Positions 9,529 to 18,805 of a stretch of 64,000 nt of DNA are shown here, piece by piece. Origin of the DNA: Gemmatimonadota bacterium (GTDB lineage: Bacteria > Gemmatimonadota > Gemmatimonadetes > Palauibacterales > Palauibacteraceae); assembly GCA_039588275.1 (NCBI GenBank), contig JBDHAC010000003.1:56855-120854 (forward strand), read 5' to 3'. The position numbers and the translations under genes are program-made. Positions within the stretch are counted from its first letter, which is position 1. Each line of letters opens with the position of its first letter. A model generated the notes under the pieces. The model searched no databases, had not been told where the DNA came from, and saw only the letters and a list, made by a program, of their open reading frames with translations.

Positions 9529-10772
9529 GAGCTCTCCACATCGTGACAGCGTTTCCTCGCCACGAGGATGACGTGATCACGCCCTGGCTCGGGAACGTAT
9601 TGCTCGGTCTTCGAGACGCGGGAGTGGACGCAGAGGTGCTCGCGCCGGCGTACCGGGGGGGCGGAGCGCGCGAATGGCGTGGGATTACCGTTCGACGGTT
9701 TCGATACGCTCCCGCCGCCCTCGAGACGCTGACCCACGACGAAACTACCCCGGACCGACTGAAGCACCGTCCGTGGTACGTCGGCCTTCTGCCTGGTTAC
9801 GTTGTGGGAGGAGCCATGGCGGCCTACCGCGCGGGCCAGACGGTACCGGACGTCATCCACGTCCATTGGCCGGTCCCGCACGGACTGTTCGGAGCGATCG
9901 GTCAAGTGGCGTCGGGCGGCCGATCGGCGCTCGTCGCAAGCTACTACTCGGTGGAGCTCAAGTGGATCGAGCGACGGCTCCCTAGCCTCGTCCCCTTCTT
10001 GCGTTGGACGATCGACTGTGCCGACGAAGTGACCGCGATCTCGACAGCGACGGCCCGGGAAGTCCGTCGGCACGTGGAGCGTCCGGTCCGGGTCATCCCG
10101 TTCGCGACCGGACTCTCGGGGGAGGTCGTCGATATCGGGCGGGGAGCGCGCCCTGCGGAGCAAGCGCCCGAGATCCTGTTTGTGGGTCGACTGGTGGAGC
10201 GAAAAGGCGTCGAGGTGCTGGTTCGCGCGCTGGCCCGTTTGCGCGAGCGGCGGGACGTGCGGGTTACGATCGTCGGAGAGGGGACCTGGGAGCCGCGGAT
10301 TCGCGCGGCTGTAAGCGCCGCCGGGGTGGAGGACGCCGTGACCTTCACCGGGCGCGTCGATGAGTCGGCACTCGTCGAGGCCTATGGACGCGCGAGTGTG
10401 TTCGCGCTTCCCGCCGTGGAGGACGTGAAGGGAGACACCGAAGGACTCGGCGTCGTTCTGCTCGAGGCAATACGGCTTGGGGTGCCGGTCGTCGCTTCCT
10501 CTGCGGGCGGCATACCCGATATCGTGGTCGACGGCGAAACGGGGTGGCTCGTACCGCCGCGTGATGACCGAGCGCTCGCCCGCGCGTTGCAGGAGGTTAT
10601 CGATGATCCGGAGGAGGCGCGTCGACGTGTGGCGCGCGGCCGCGAACGGGTGGAACGGCGGTTTTCGCCCGAGGGGGTCGTGGCCTCGCTCGTCGAGTGC
10701 TACGAAGCCGCCATCACTCGGCGCCGAGGGTTCCAGACCGGTGGCGATCAAAGTGCGCCGACGGCGTCCTAA
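9525..10772 (+). CDS. GT4 family glycosyltransferase
   Basis: HVHW, LFVGRLVERKG, EGLGVVLLEA, GGIPDIV, GWLVPP. Confidence 0.92.
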   Translation: MRALHIVTAFPRHEDDVITPWLGNVLLGLRDAGVDAEVLAPAYRGGGAREWRGITVRRFRYAPAALETLTHDETTPDRLKHRPWYVGLLPGYVVGGAMAAYRAGQTVPDVIHVHWPVPHGLFGAIGQVASGGRSALVASYYSVELKWIERRLPSLVPFLRWTIDCADEVTAISTATAREVRRHVERPVRVIPFATGLSGEVVDIGRGARPAEQAPEILFVGRLVERKGVEVLVRALARLRERRDVRVTIVGEGTWEPRIRAAVSAAGVEDAVTFTGRVDESALVEAYGRASVFALPAVEDVKGDTEGLGVVLLEAIRLGVPVVASSAGGIPDIVVDGETGWLVPPRDDRALARALQEVIDDPEEARRRVARGRERVERRFSPEGVVASLVECYEAAITRRRGFQTGGDQSAPTAS

Positions 10773-10791
10773 CCCGGGGAGTCATTGATCC

Positions 10792-11700
10792 ATGGTCAAG
10801 CTCGCGGTCGTCCGATGGTACCTCAACGCGCTGTACCTGCGTGCGCTCCGGCTGCGAGACCGCTGGCTGCGTCCCCGCGCCTTGAACGCCATCGACGCCA
10901 ACCTGGCGAGCTCGCTGTTCACGGAGTACGAGTCGATCGCGGAGGAGCTCTCGCACGTGGAGCGGCTGCAAAACCGCGAGTTCAAGGTCTTCTCGCAGAA
11001 TGGGGAAGATGGCCTGCTTGCCTACATCTTCTCCGAGATCGGCACGACGAATCGGCGGTTCGTAGAATTCGGAGTCGAGGACGGACGGGAGTGCAATTGC
11101 GCCAATCTCGCGATCCACTTCGGCTGGAGCGGCCTGATGCTCGAGGCCAACCCGGCCGATGTGCACCGGGCCCGGGTCTTCTACGGCAGGCTGCGAGGGG
11201 AGGATGGCCCGAGGGTGGCCGTGGAGGAGTGCCTCGTGACGATCGAGAACATCAACGAAGCGATCGCGGCGGGCCGGGTGACGGGTGAGATAGACCTGCT
11301 CTCCATCGACATCGACGGGAACGACTACTGGATCTGGGAGGCGATCGATGTCGTCAGCGCGAGAGTGGTGGTCATCGAATACAACGCGTCCTTCGGCAGA
11401 CGCTCCATCAGCATCGCGTACGATCCGGGGTTCGTTCGCTTCAAGGCGCACCGCAGCGGCTGGTACCACGGCGCGTCGCTCGCAGCCTTGACGAAGCTCA
11501 GCGACCGTAAGGGATACGACCTGATCGGCACGGACAGCTTTGGCGTGAATGCTTTCTTCGTTCGGCGGGATGTGCCGAAGGGGAGACTGGAGGCATTGGA
11601 GGCGGACGAGGCGTACCGACCGCAGCGCAAGCGTATGAAGGTCGCGACGCTGGAGCAGCAGTTCGCGGCGATCGAGCACTTGGCCTACGTTGACGTCTAG
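10792..11700 (+). CDS. FkbM-like putative SAM-dependent methyltransferase / conserved polysaccharide-locus protein
   Basis: FSQNGEDG, FVEFGVEDG, DLLSIDIDGNDYWIW, VIEYN, GASL, GVNAFFVR. Confidence 0.6.
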   Translation: MVKLAVVRWYLNALYLRALRLRDRWLRPRALNAIDANLASSLFTEYESIAEELSHVERLQNREFKVFSQNGEDGLLAYIFSEIGTTNRRFVEFGVEDGRECNCANLAIHFGWSGLMLEANPADVHRARVFYGRLRGEDGPRVAVEECLVTIENINEAIAAGRVTGEIDLLSIDIDGNDYWIWEAIDVVSARVVVIEYNASFGRRSISIAYDPGFVRFKAHRSGWYHGASLAALTKLSDRKGYDLIGTDSFGVNAFFVRRDVPKGRLEALEADEAYRPQRKRMKVATLEQQFAAIEHLAYVDV

Positions 11701-11721
11701 GCGACACGATCGCCGTGTCCG

Positions 11722-14145
11722 GTGACAGATGAAGGAGACGTCGATCGAAATGCTCACGTGGGTGAGTCGGGGGAGGTGAAGGGGGGGGCACGCGGGCACG
11801 GGAAGGCCATCCTGTGGGTGTTCCTGGGTGGCGCCGCCCTGGCGAGCGTGTGGTTCTACCGCGAGTTCGTCTTCTTCGCGGAGCGGCTCATCTATGGCTC
11901 GGACATGCTGTTCGAGGGGATTTCCCTTCGGCGGTTCTACGTAGATGAGATCCGAGCCGGTCGCGGTGTTCCGCTGTGGATCCCGCACGTATACGGCGGA
12001 ATGCCCTTCGTCGCGCTGCTTCCCGGACCGATCTTCTACCCGACGACTCTCCTGTACCTCCTCATGCCGCTCCATCGAGCCATTGGCTGGACCTTCGTCC
12101 TGCACACGTTCCTGAGCGGCGCCTTCGCGTATTTCATGGCCCGATCCTTCCGCCTGCGGCCGAGCTCGGCGGTAGTCTGCGGCGTCTCGTTCATGTTCAC
12201 CGGGTACGTCACGTCACACCTGTTCGGAGGGCATGACGGACGGATGTTCGCCATGACCCTGATCCCCCTGGCCATCGGCTCGCTCCAGCGAGGACTCGAT
12301 ACCGGCGAAGCGCACTGGTTCGGAGCGCTCGCCCTCGTCGTGGCAATGCAGATCTTCACGCCGCACATGCAAGTGATGTATTTTTCATGTCTTGCACTGT
12401 CCCTATTCCTCCTGTTCCATCTCCTGGTCCGGGTACCTCGCGCTCCGGAGGGGGGGCGGAGGGGGGCGTACGCGCGACCGCTGGCCGGCTTCGCACTCGC
12501 ATTGCTGGCGGCGATCGCGATCGGTGGGTTACAGCTGTTTCCGACGCTGGCACTCCTTGACGACGCGACGCGCGCCGCGACCGAGCGGGGGTACGAGTTC
12601 GCCGCCTCTTACGCGTTGCCTCCCCAGGAGCTTACGGCACTCTTTCTCCCGGACCTGGTCAGCTCGCTGCCGGGGCGGTACTGGGGCCAGAACCCACTCA
12701 AGCTCCACACGGAGTATCTGGGTGCGGTGCCGTTGGCGCTGGCGCTCTTCGCCATTGCGTCAGCATTTCGCCCCGGACTGAGCCGCGAGCACCGCCGCGT
12801 CATTGGCTTCCTGGTGGTGGCGAGTCTCCTGGGGGTCCTCTTCGCACTCGGGGCGGCGACGCCCGTCCACCGACTCGCGTACGTCGTATTGCCTATGATC
12901 CGGAGCCTGCGGGCGCCGGCGATGATGCTCGGGCCGGTCTCGGTCTTCATCGCGCTATTGGCGGGCTTCGGGTGGGAGGCCGCGGCGGCGCGGCGGGAGA
13001 CTCCAGGGGATGAGGGCCCGTCGGTGTCGTGGGTCGCCCTCGCCCTCCTCGCGGGTCCCGTCTTGCTGCTCGGCGTTGTGGCGGCCGTCAATCCGCGCGG
13101 ACTGCTTCGCTTCGTCCTCCTCGAGTGGTATCCGACCGGGTGGCCGCGCGAACCTGACCCGGCGCTCGTGCCGGCCCTGCGCGCCAACGGAATGCTGCTC
13201 CTGGGAGGGTTTGGCCTTGCCTGGGGAGTCGCCCTCGCGGTGTCCCGTCGTAAGGTCAGCGAGCTGGCGCTCGTGCTCGTCGTCCTGTTTGCCGTCGCGG
13301 ACCTGTGGCGGGTCGATTCACGGTACCTGGAGGTGCGCGACGCCGGGGAGCTCGAAGCCGATTCCGTTCTCACGGCGCTCACGAGTGAGACCAGCCCCGG
13401 GGAACGAGTGTGGGCGCCCGCCCTCGCCGGCTCAGTGCCCAACTATCGACCGAACCGCCTCATCTACCACGGCGTCTCGTCGGCGACGGGTCGTCAGAAG
13501 TTCCTTCTTCGCCCTTTCGCGAGGCTCGTGGGAGGCATCCAGCCGGACGAGGGACTGCTCCGGTATCCTGCGCTTCTCGGACTACTCGACGTTCGGTACC
13601 TGATCACGCCGGGGGTCCAGAATGGCCTCGACCTCGTCGCGGAGGCGGGCGGCCGCTACCTGTATCGCCTTCCGGACCCACCCCACGCCTTCTTTCCGGT
13701 GGACATCGCCGTGGTCGACGATACGGCGGAGGCCCTCGCGCGCACCCGCTCGAACCCGGACCCCATGACCCTCACAGTCGTAGAGGCCAGCTCGGGTAGG
13801 GAGCCGCCGGCGCCGGGGCGTGGACGCGCGTCGATCGTGGGTTACGAGCCCGATAGGATCGAACTCGGTGCGGAGGTCGAGCTCCCCGGACTGCTGGCGG
13901 TGAGCGAGATCTTCCACCCGGGCTGGCGCGCGTACGTGGACGACGAGGAGGTCCCGGTATGGCGGGTCAACGTGGCGTTTCGGGGCGTCGAGGTGCCCGC
14001 CGGGACGCATCGAATCACCTTCGAGTACGATAGCCGTTCCTACCGCCTGGGGTTCTGGTTGAGCATGCTGACGATGATCGGGGTCGGTGTCGTGATGTGG
14101 CTTTCGTGGCGCAGGTCTCGCCTCGCGTCGAAGAGCGCGATTTGA
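11722..14145 (+). CDS. YfhO-family GT-C membrane protein
   Basis: Polytopic; GSD, PLWIPHVYGGMPF, FYP, YLG motifs; C-terminal SEIFHPGWRAYVD...NVAFRGVEVPAGTHRITFEY plus final TM. Confidence 0.85.
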   Translation: MTDEGDVDRNAHVGESGEVKGGARGHGKAILWVFLGGAALASVWFYREFVFFAERLIYGSDMLFEGISLRRFYVDEIRAGRGVPLWIPHVYGGMPFVALLPGPIFYPTTLLYLLMPLHRAIGWTFVLHTFLSGAFAYFMARSFRLRPSSAVVCGVSFMFTGYVTSHLFGGHDGRMFAMTLIPLAIGSLQRGLDTGEAHWFGALALVVAMQIFTPHMQVMYFSCLALSLFLLFHLLVRVPRAPEGGRRGAYARPLAGFALALLAAIAIGGLQLFPTLALLDDATRAATERGYEFAASYALPPQELTALFLPDLVSSLPGRYWGQNPLKLHTEYLGAVPLALALFAIASAFRPGLSREHRRVIGFLVVASLLGVLFALGAATPVHRLAYVVLPMIRSLRAPAMMLGPVSVFIALLAGFGWEAAAARRETPGDEGPSVSWVALALLAGPVLLLGVVAAVNPRGLLRFVLLEWYPTGWPREPDPALVPALRANGMLLLGGFGLAWGVALAVSRRKVSELALVLVVLFAVADLWRVDSRYLEVRDAGELEADSVLTALTSETSPGERVWAPALAGSVPNYRPNRLIYHGVSSATGRQKFLLRPFARLVGGIQPDEGLLRYPALLGLLDVRYLITPGVQNGLDLVAEAGGRYLYRLPDPPHAFFPVDIAVVDDTAEALARTRSNPDPMTLTVVEASSGREPPAPGRGRASIVGYEPDRIELGAEVELPGLLAVSEIFHPGWRAYVDDEEVPVWRVNVAFRGVEVPAGTHRITFEYDSRSYRLGFWLSMLTMIGVGVVMWLSWRRSRLASKSAI

Positions 14146-14182
14146 TCGGACCAGCGAGGGGGTTTCCACCCATGAAGCGCCG

Positions 14183-15175
14183 GTGACCGAGCTCGGGCAC
14201 AGCGAGAGGGAGACCGCGGGGTCCCGGCTCCGTGACCGGAGGCGGGTACGGTTGGCTACGGGGCTCTTCCTCCTGCTCGCGCTGGTCGCCGTAGCGGTTG
14301 CCATACGAGGCGAATGGGCCGCGTGGACCACACTCGAGGACGACACGCGCACCTATGGGTGGAGAGTGTCCGTTCCATTCCTCGCGGTGGCACTCGGGTG
14401 CGGAGTCTCGGCCCTGTTGGCGTCAGGCGCGCTGTGGGCCGCCCTGTTTCGGTCGGCCGGAGGACGTACCGGATGGCGTGAGGCGATCGCGGCCTGGTTG
14501 GGCTCCAACCTCGGAAGGTACCTGCCGGGCAAGTTCTGGCAGCTCGCCAGTCTCGCGGCGTACGTGCGAGCTCGTGGCGACTCCGGAGCCCGTGCGCTCA
14601 CGGTGTCCTTGGCCCTTCAGGCCGTGGTCCTCGCAGCGGGCGCAGCCGTCGCGGTGATCTTTCTTGGCGGCCAAGCGTTTGGCGCCGCGAGCCCCTGGAC
14701 GATCGCCATCGCGGTCGCGGCCATCGCCTTGGCGCTCAACCCGGCGGTACTTCGGCGGTCTATCGTCTGGGCAGGGTACCTCCTTCGCGAGGAGCCGACC
14801 CCCGAGGTGTCGGGACTCGGCTATGGCGTGCTGCTCCGCGCGGCAGCATGTGCCTTTGTGCTGTGGGGCTTGTATGGAGTGGGCTTCTGGGCCCTATGCA
14901 AGGGTCTGGTCGGAGGGAGCCCGGTGTCCGTCTCGATCGCAGCGGCCGTGTTCGCAGCCGGATACATCGTCGGTTACGTCGTACTCCTCGCGCCCGGGGG
15001 CATCGTGGTTCGCGAAGGTGCGATCGCCGGCCTCCTCGGTGCGGTGGCCGGTGTCCCGCTGGGACCAGCGACGGCGATCGCGCTCGCGGCGCGGCTGTGG
15101 ACCACCGTGGCCGAGCTTCTCGCGTTCGCGCTCGCCGCTGGTGCCGGGCTGCGGCGACACTCCGGATCGCGCTAG
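14183..15175 (+). CDS. lysylphosphatidylglycerol synthase TM-domain (flippase-like) membrane protein
   Basis: Highly hydrophobic; NLGRYLPGKFW and APGGIVVREG motifs, ARLWTT. Confidence 0.78.
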   Translation: MTELGHSERETAGSRLRDRRRVRLATGLFLLLALVAVAVAIRGEWAAWTTLEDDTRTYGWRVSVPFLAVALGCGVSALLASGALWAALFRSAGGRTGWREAIAAWLGSNLGRYLPGKFWQLASLAAYVRARGDSGARALTVSLALQAVVLAAGAAVAVIFLGGQAFGAASPWTIAIAVAAIALALNPAVLRRSIVWAGYLLREEPTPEVSGLGYGVLLRAAACAFVLWGLYGVGFWALCKGLVGGSPVSVSIAAAVFAAGYIVGYVVLLAPGGIVVREGAIAGLLGAVAGVPLGPATAIALAARLWTTVAELLAFALAAGAGLRRHSGSR

Positions 15176-15185
15176 CTTCCGGTCC

Positions 15186-15986
15186 ATGGAGGCAGAAGGG
15201 GGTGGGCGCGAGAGAGTGCCGGGAACCGACGGAGAACGATCGACCGTGAGCGGCACGATCCGGGAGAGCGCGGGTCGAGGGCTCGTGATCCTGCCTACGT
15301 ACGAGGAGGTGGAGAGTCTCGGTCAGATCGTACCGCGCATCCTGGCGCTGGATCCCCGCCTCGATATTCTGGTGATCGACGATGCGTCGCCTGACGGCAC
15401 GGGAGAGCTGGCGGACCGTTTGGCTTCGGAGGAGCCCAGGGTCTCCGTTATGCACCGCGAGGGGAAACTAGGACTCGGGTCGGCTTACATCGCCGGCTTT
15501 CGGACCGGGCTGGAACGCGGGTACGACCTCCTGTTCGAGATGGATGCGGATGGTTCGCACGACCCTGAGCACCTCGTTCCGATGATCGCGGCGACGGAAG
15601 AGTTCGACGTCGTCGTCGGATCGCGCTACCTGCGCGGCGTGAACGTGATCAACTGGCCGATGTCCCGTCTGCTGCTCAGCTACTACGCCAACAAATACGC
15701 CCGGGTGGTCACGGGCCTGGCTCTGGCGGACCTGACGAGCGGCTTCAAATGCTTCAAGCGCGAAGTGCTGGAGGCGATCCGCCTCGAGAAGGTCGGCTCC
15801 ACCGGATACGCGTTTCAGATCGAGATGAACGTTCGAGCCTGGAAGCGGGGTTTCCGCGTGGGCGAGATCCCGATCGTGTTCGTGGATCGGGAAGCGGGGC
15901 AGAGCAAGATGTCGGGGGCCATCGTCCGCGAAGCGATATGGCGGGTGTGGGCGCTGCGCTTCAAGTCGATGTTCGGGAGGCTATAG
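15186..15986 (+). CDS. polyprenol monophosphomannose synthase (Ppm1/DPM1-like GT2)
   Basis: ILPTYEE, DDASPDGT, GKLGLGSAYIAGF, EMDADGSH, DLTSGFKC, GYAFQIE, IVFVDR..GQSKMS; start could alternatively be GTG 15246. Confidence 0.88.
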   Translation: MEAEGGGRERVPGTDGERSTVSGTIRESAGRGLVILPTYEEVESLGQIVPRILALDPRLDILVIDDASPDGTGELADRLASEEPRVSVMHREGKLGLGSAYIAGFRTGLERGYDLLFEMDADGSHDPEHLVPMIAATEEFDVVVGSRYLRGVNVINWPMSRLLLSYYANKYARVVTGLALADLTSGFKCFKREVLEAIRLEKVGSTGYAFQIEMNVRAWKRGFRVGEIPIVFVDREAGQSKMSGAIVREAIWRVWALRFKSMFGRL

Positions 15987-15993
15987 GAGGCCG

Positions 15994-16926
15994 GTGAAGG
16001 AGCTCGCTGACGTTCTGCATCCGGCCCGGCGGAGGGTCCGGCCGGCGATCGACTACAAGAGCCATCCGGTGTTCGCCACGCGGCCGGAATGGCGATGCGA
16101 GGTGCACCGGATCATCTTCGGGCACCTGACGCCGGGCGGGAAGCTGTTCGACATCATCCTGATCGCGGTGATCCTGGTCAGCGTCGCCGTCGTAATGATC
16201 GAGAGCGTCGCATCCGTGCGACTGCGACACGGCACTGCCCTGAGGACCGCAGAGTGGGTGTTCACCCTGCTGTTCACGCTCGAGTACGCGATGCGTCTCG
16301 TTGCGGCGGAGAACGCGGGCCGATACGCGCGCAGCCCCCTGGGGTTGATCGACTTCCTCGCGGTCCTGCCCACCTACGTGAGCCTCCTCATCCCTGGAGG
16401 GCAGGCGTTCACCGTGATTCGGATCCTGCGCGTGATGCGCGTGTTTCGCGTGCTCAAGCTCGCGCAGTTCGTCGGGGGCGAGCAGCTGCTCATCCGGGCC
16501 CTGCGCGCGAGCTCATACAAGATCGTCGTGTTTCTCATCGCGGTGCTGACCGTCGTCGTGATCATGGGGTCGATCATGTACTTCATCGAGGGGCCCGAAC
16601 ACGGCTTCACGAGCATCCCGGTTGGCGTGTACTGGGCGATAGTGACGCTCACCACGGTGGGTTTCGGAGACATCACCCCACAAACGCCGATTGGTCAGGT
16701 TCTGGCGGCGATGCTCATGATCCTCGGTTACGCCGTCATCGCCGTGCCCACGGGCATCGTGACCGTCGAGATGGCAGCCGCCGGGCAGCGTCGCATACTC
16801 CCCCGCGACAAGCCGGGAAAAGCGCGGCAATCGGGCCAGCGGCGCGTGTGCCTCGGGTGCGGCGCCGAGGGGCACGATGAGGACGCCACCCACTGCAAGT
16901 TCTGCGGGGTCCATCTGCCGACATGA
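15994..16926 (+). CDS. voltage-gated potassium channel (ion transporter) with C-terminal zinc ribbon
   Basis: S4 RILRVMRVFRVLK, selectivity filter TTVGFGD, C-terminal CxxC...CxxC. Confidence 0.92.
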   Translation: MKELADVLHPARRRVRPAIDYKSHPVFATRPEWRCEVHRIIFGHLTPGGKLFDIILIAVILVSVAVVMIESVASVRLRHGTALRTAEWVFTLLFTLEYAMRLVAAENAGRYARSPLGLIDFLAVLPTYVSLLIPGGQAFTVIRILRVMRVFRVLKLAQFVGGEQLLIRALRASSYKIVVFLIAVLTVVVIMGSIMYFIEGPEHGFTSIPVGVYWAIVTLTTVGFGDITPQTPIGQVLAAMLMILGYAVIAVPTGIVTVEMAAAGQRRILPRDKPGKARQSGQRRVCLGCGAEGHDEDATHCKFCGVHLPT

Positions 16927-17032
16927 GGCGGATCCCGAAGGAGCACGCCGCCGCCGAGCCGCGGCCCGGTGCACGTGTGAGAAGCGCCCGGGCGCGGCAT
17001 CGACGTGCACCCAGGAGCCGTAGGGAGACAAG

Positions 17033-18748
17033 GTGAGCGGCGAGCCGATCTTTCTCTTCCTGATCCAGGTGGTCGTCGTCCTCAGCCTCGCCAGATTGTT
17101 GGGGGAGGTGTTCCGGTGGTTCAGGCAGCCGCCCCTGGCGGGCGAGATCCTCGCCGGCGTCCTTCTCGGGCAGACCGTGCTCGGCCACCTCGCGCCCGAT
17201 CTGTTCGTGGCGCTGTTTCCGCCGGACGAGCTACAGGAAGCGATGTTCGGCGTGACCGCCGAGATCGGGATCCTCTTCCTCCTGCTCGTCGTGGGTCTCG
17301 AGGTCAACGTGGCCTCGGCCTGGAAGATGCGGAACCAGACGTTCACGGTCGCCGTCACTGGCGTACTGGTGCCGTTGGCGCTCGGGACCGCGGTCGCCTG
17401 GCTCCTCTACGACCAATGGGTCGAGGTCCCGACGCCTCGCCTGGCGTTCGCCCTCCTCGTCGGAGCAGGTGTCGCGATCACGGCGATAACCGTGGTCGCA
17501 CGGCTCCTCTTCGACCTCAAGATCATGAAGTCCGACCTCGGGCTCTTCCTCATCTCGGCGATGGCGCTCAACGAGCTGCTCGGGTGGGCGGTTCTCGCGG
17601 TGGTGCTCGGTCTCGTTGGAGCGGGAGCCGCGGGAGAGGGGATGGATGGCCACGGACTCGCGTGGACCATGGTCGGGGTCGTGCTCTTCGCCGCGTTCGC
17701 TCTCACCGTGGGCCGCTGGCTCGCCACACGGGCGCTTCTGTGGATGGATCGGGCGGAGCTACCCAGCCCAGCCGCCCCGCTCTCGTTGGTCGTTTGCTTC
17801 GGTCTCATAGGTGGCATCGTGACGGGCGCGCTCGGGATTCACCCCGTCTTCGGATTCCTGATCGCCGGGATCATGGCCAGCGACCCCAGAGCTCTTTCCG
17901 AGCATACGCGCGCGATCATCGAACAGATGGTGGAGGCCATCTTCGTGCCGCTCTTCTTCGCGGGGATCTGCCTGCGGATCGATTTCGTGAGCGATTTCGA
18001 CACCGTCACCGTGTTGTCGGTGACCGCGCTCTCCATCGTGGGCAAGTTTGTGGGAGCGGGTTTGGGAACGCTCATGGTTCGGATGCCCGCGGCGGACCGG
18101 CTCCCGGTCGCGATTGCCCATATCCCTGGCGGTCCGATGGGTGTGCTCCTCGCCAGCGTGGCGCTGGAAGCCGGGGTGATCGGGCCCCAGATGTTCGTCG
18201 CCCTGGTGATCGCCTCGATCGTCTCCGCACTTCTGGTGGGGCCCGCGTTCACCCGGCAACTCCGGCAGGCCGAGACCCAGGACGTGTCGGCCTACATTGC
18301 GAAGGATCGCGTCGTGAGGCTGAGGGCGGCCTCGCGCGACGAGGCGATCGAGACGCTCGCGGGCGTGGCCGCCGGGGCGCCCGGAGCGCCGGGATCGGAC
18401 GTGATCCGCCGCGCCGTCGCGGCACGTGAAGCGACGATGGGAACGGGAGTGGGGAAGGGGATCGCGATCCCGCACGCGCGCATCCCGAACCTGAAGACGC
18501 CGATCATAGCGATCGGGATCTGCAGGGAGGGCATCGAGTGGGACGAGGTCGACGGGAAGCCCGCGCACCTCATCTTCCTCGTGTTGACCTCGAGCAGGGA
18601 CGAACGCGACACGCAGCTGAGGATTCTGGCCCAGATCGCGCGGTGCTTCTCCGATCCCCAACGGATGCGCGACGTGGTCGACGCCGTCGACACGGAAGGT
18701 GTGTGGGGGTGTCTGCAGGCCTCGCTGCAACCGGCGGCGCTAGGCTGA
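17033..18748 (+). CDS. CPA2 cation:proton antiporter fused to a PTS EIIA (Fru/Ntr-type) domain
   Basis: QPPLAGEILAGVLLG, VGLE, FVPLFFAGI; C-terminal REATMGTGVGKGIAIPHARI, DGKPAHLIFL. Confidence 0.88.
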   Translation: MSGEPIFLFLIQVVVVLSLARLLGEVFRWFRQPPLAGEILAGVLLGQTVLGHLAPDLFVALFPPDELQEAMFGVTAEIGILFLLLVVGLEVNVASAWKMRNQTFTVAVTGVLVPLALGTAVAWLLYDQWVEVPTPRLAFALLVGAGVAITAITVVARLLFDLKIMKSDLGLFLISAMALNELLGWAVLAVVLGLVGAGAAGEGMDGHGLAWTMVGVVLFAAFALTVGRWLATRALLWMDRAELPSPAAPLSLVVCFGLIGGIVTGALGIHPVFGFLIAGIMASDPRALSEHTRAIIEQMVEAIFVPLFFAGICLRIDFVSDFDTVTVLSVTALSIVGKFVGAGLGTLMVRMPAADRLPVAIAHIPGGPMGVLLASVALEAGVIGPQMFVALVIASIVSALLVGPAFTRQLRQAETQDVSAYIAKDRVVRLRAASRDEAIETLAGVAAGAPGAPGSDVIRRAVAAREATMGTGVGKGIAIPHARIPNLKTPIIAIGICREGIEWDEVDGKPAHLIFLVLTSSRDERDTQLRILAQIARCFSDPQRMRDVVDAVDTEGVWGCLQASLQPAALG

Positions 18749-18805
18749 GGTGATCGGAGACGGGCAAACGGCGTTCGAGGCGAGCTTACGCCCTGTGGCG
18801 GGGCG

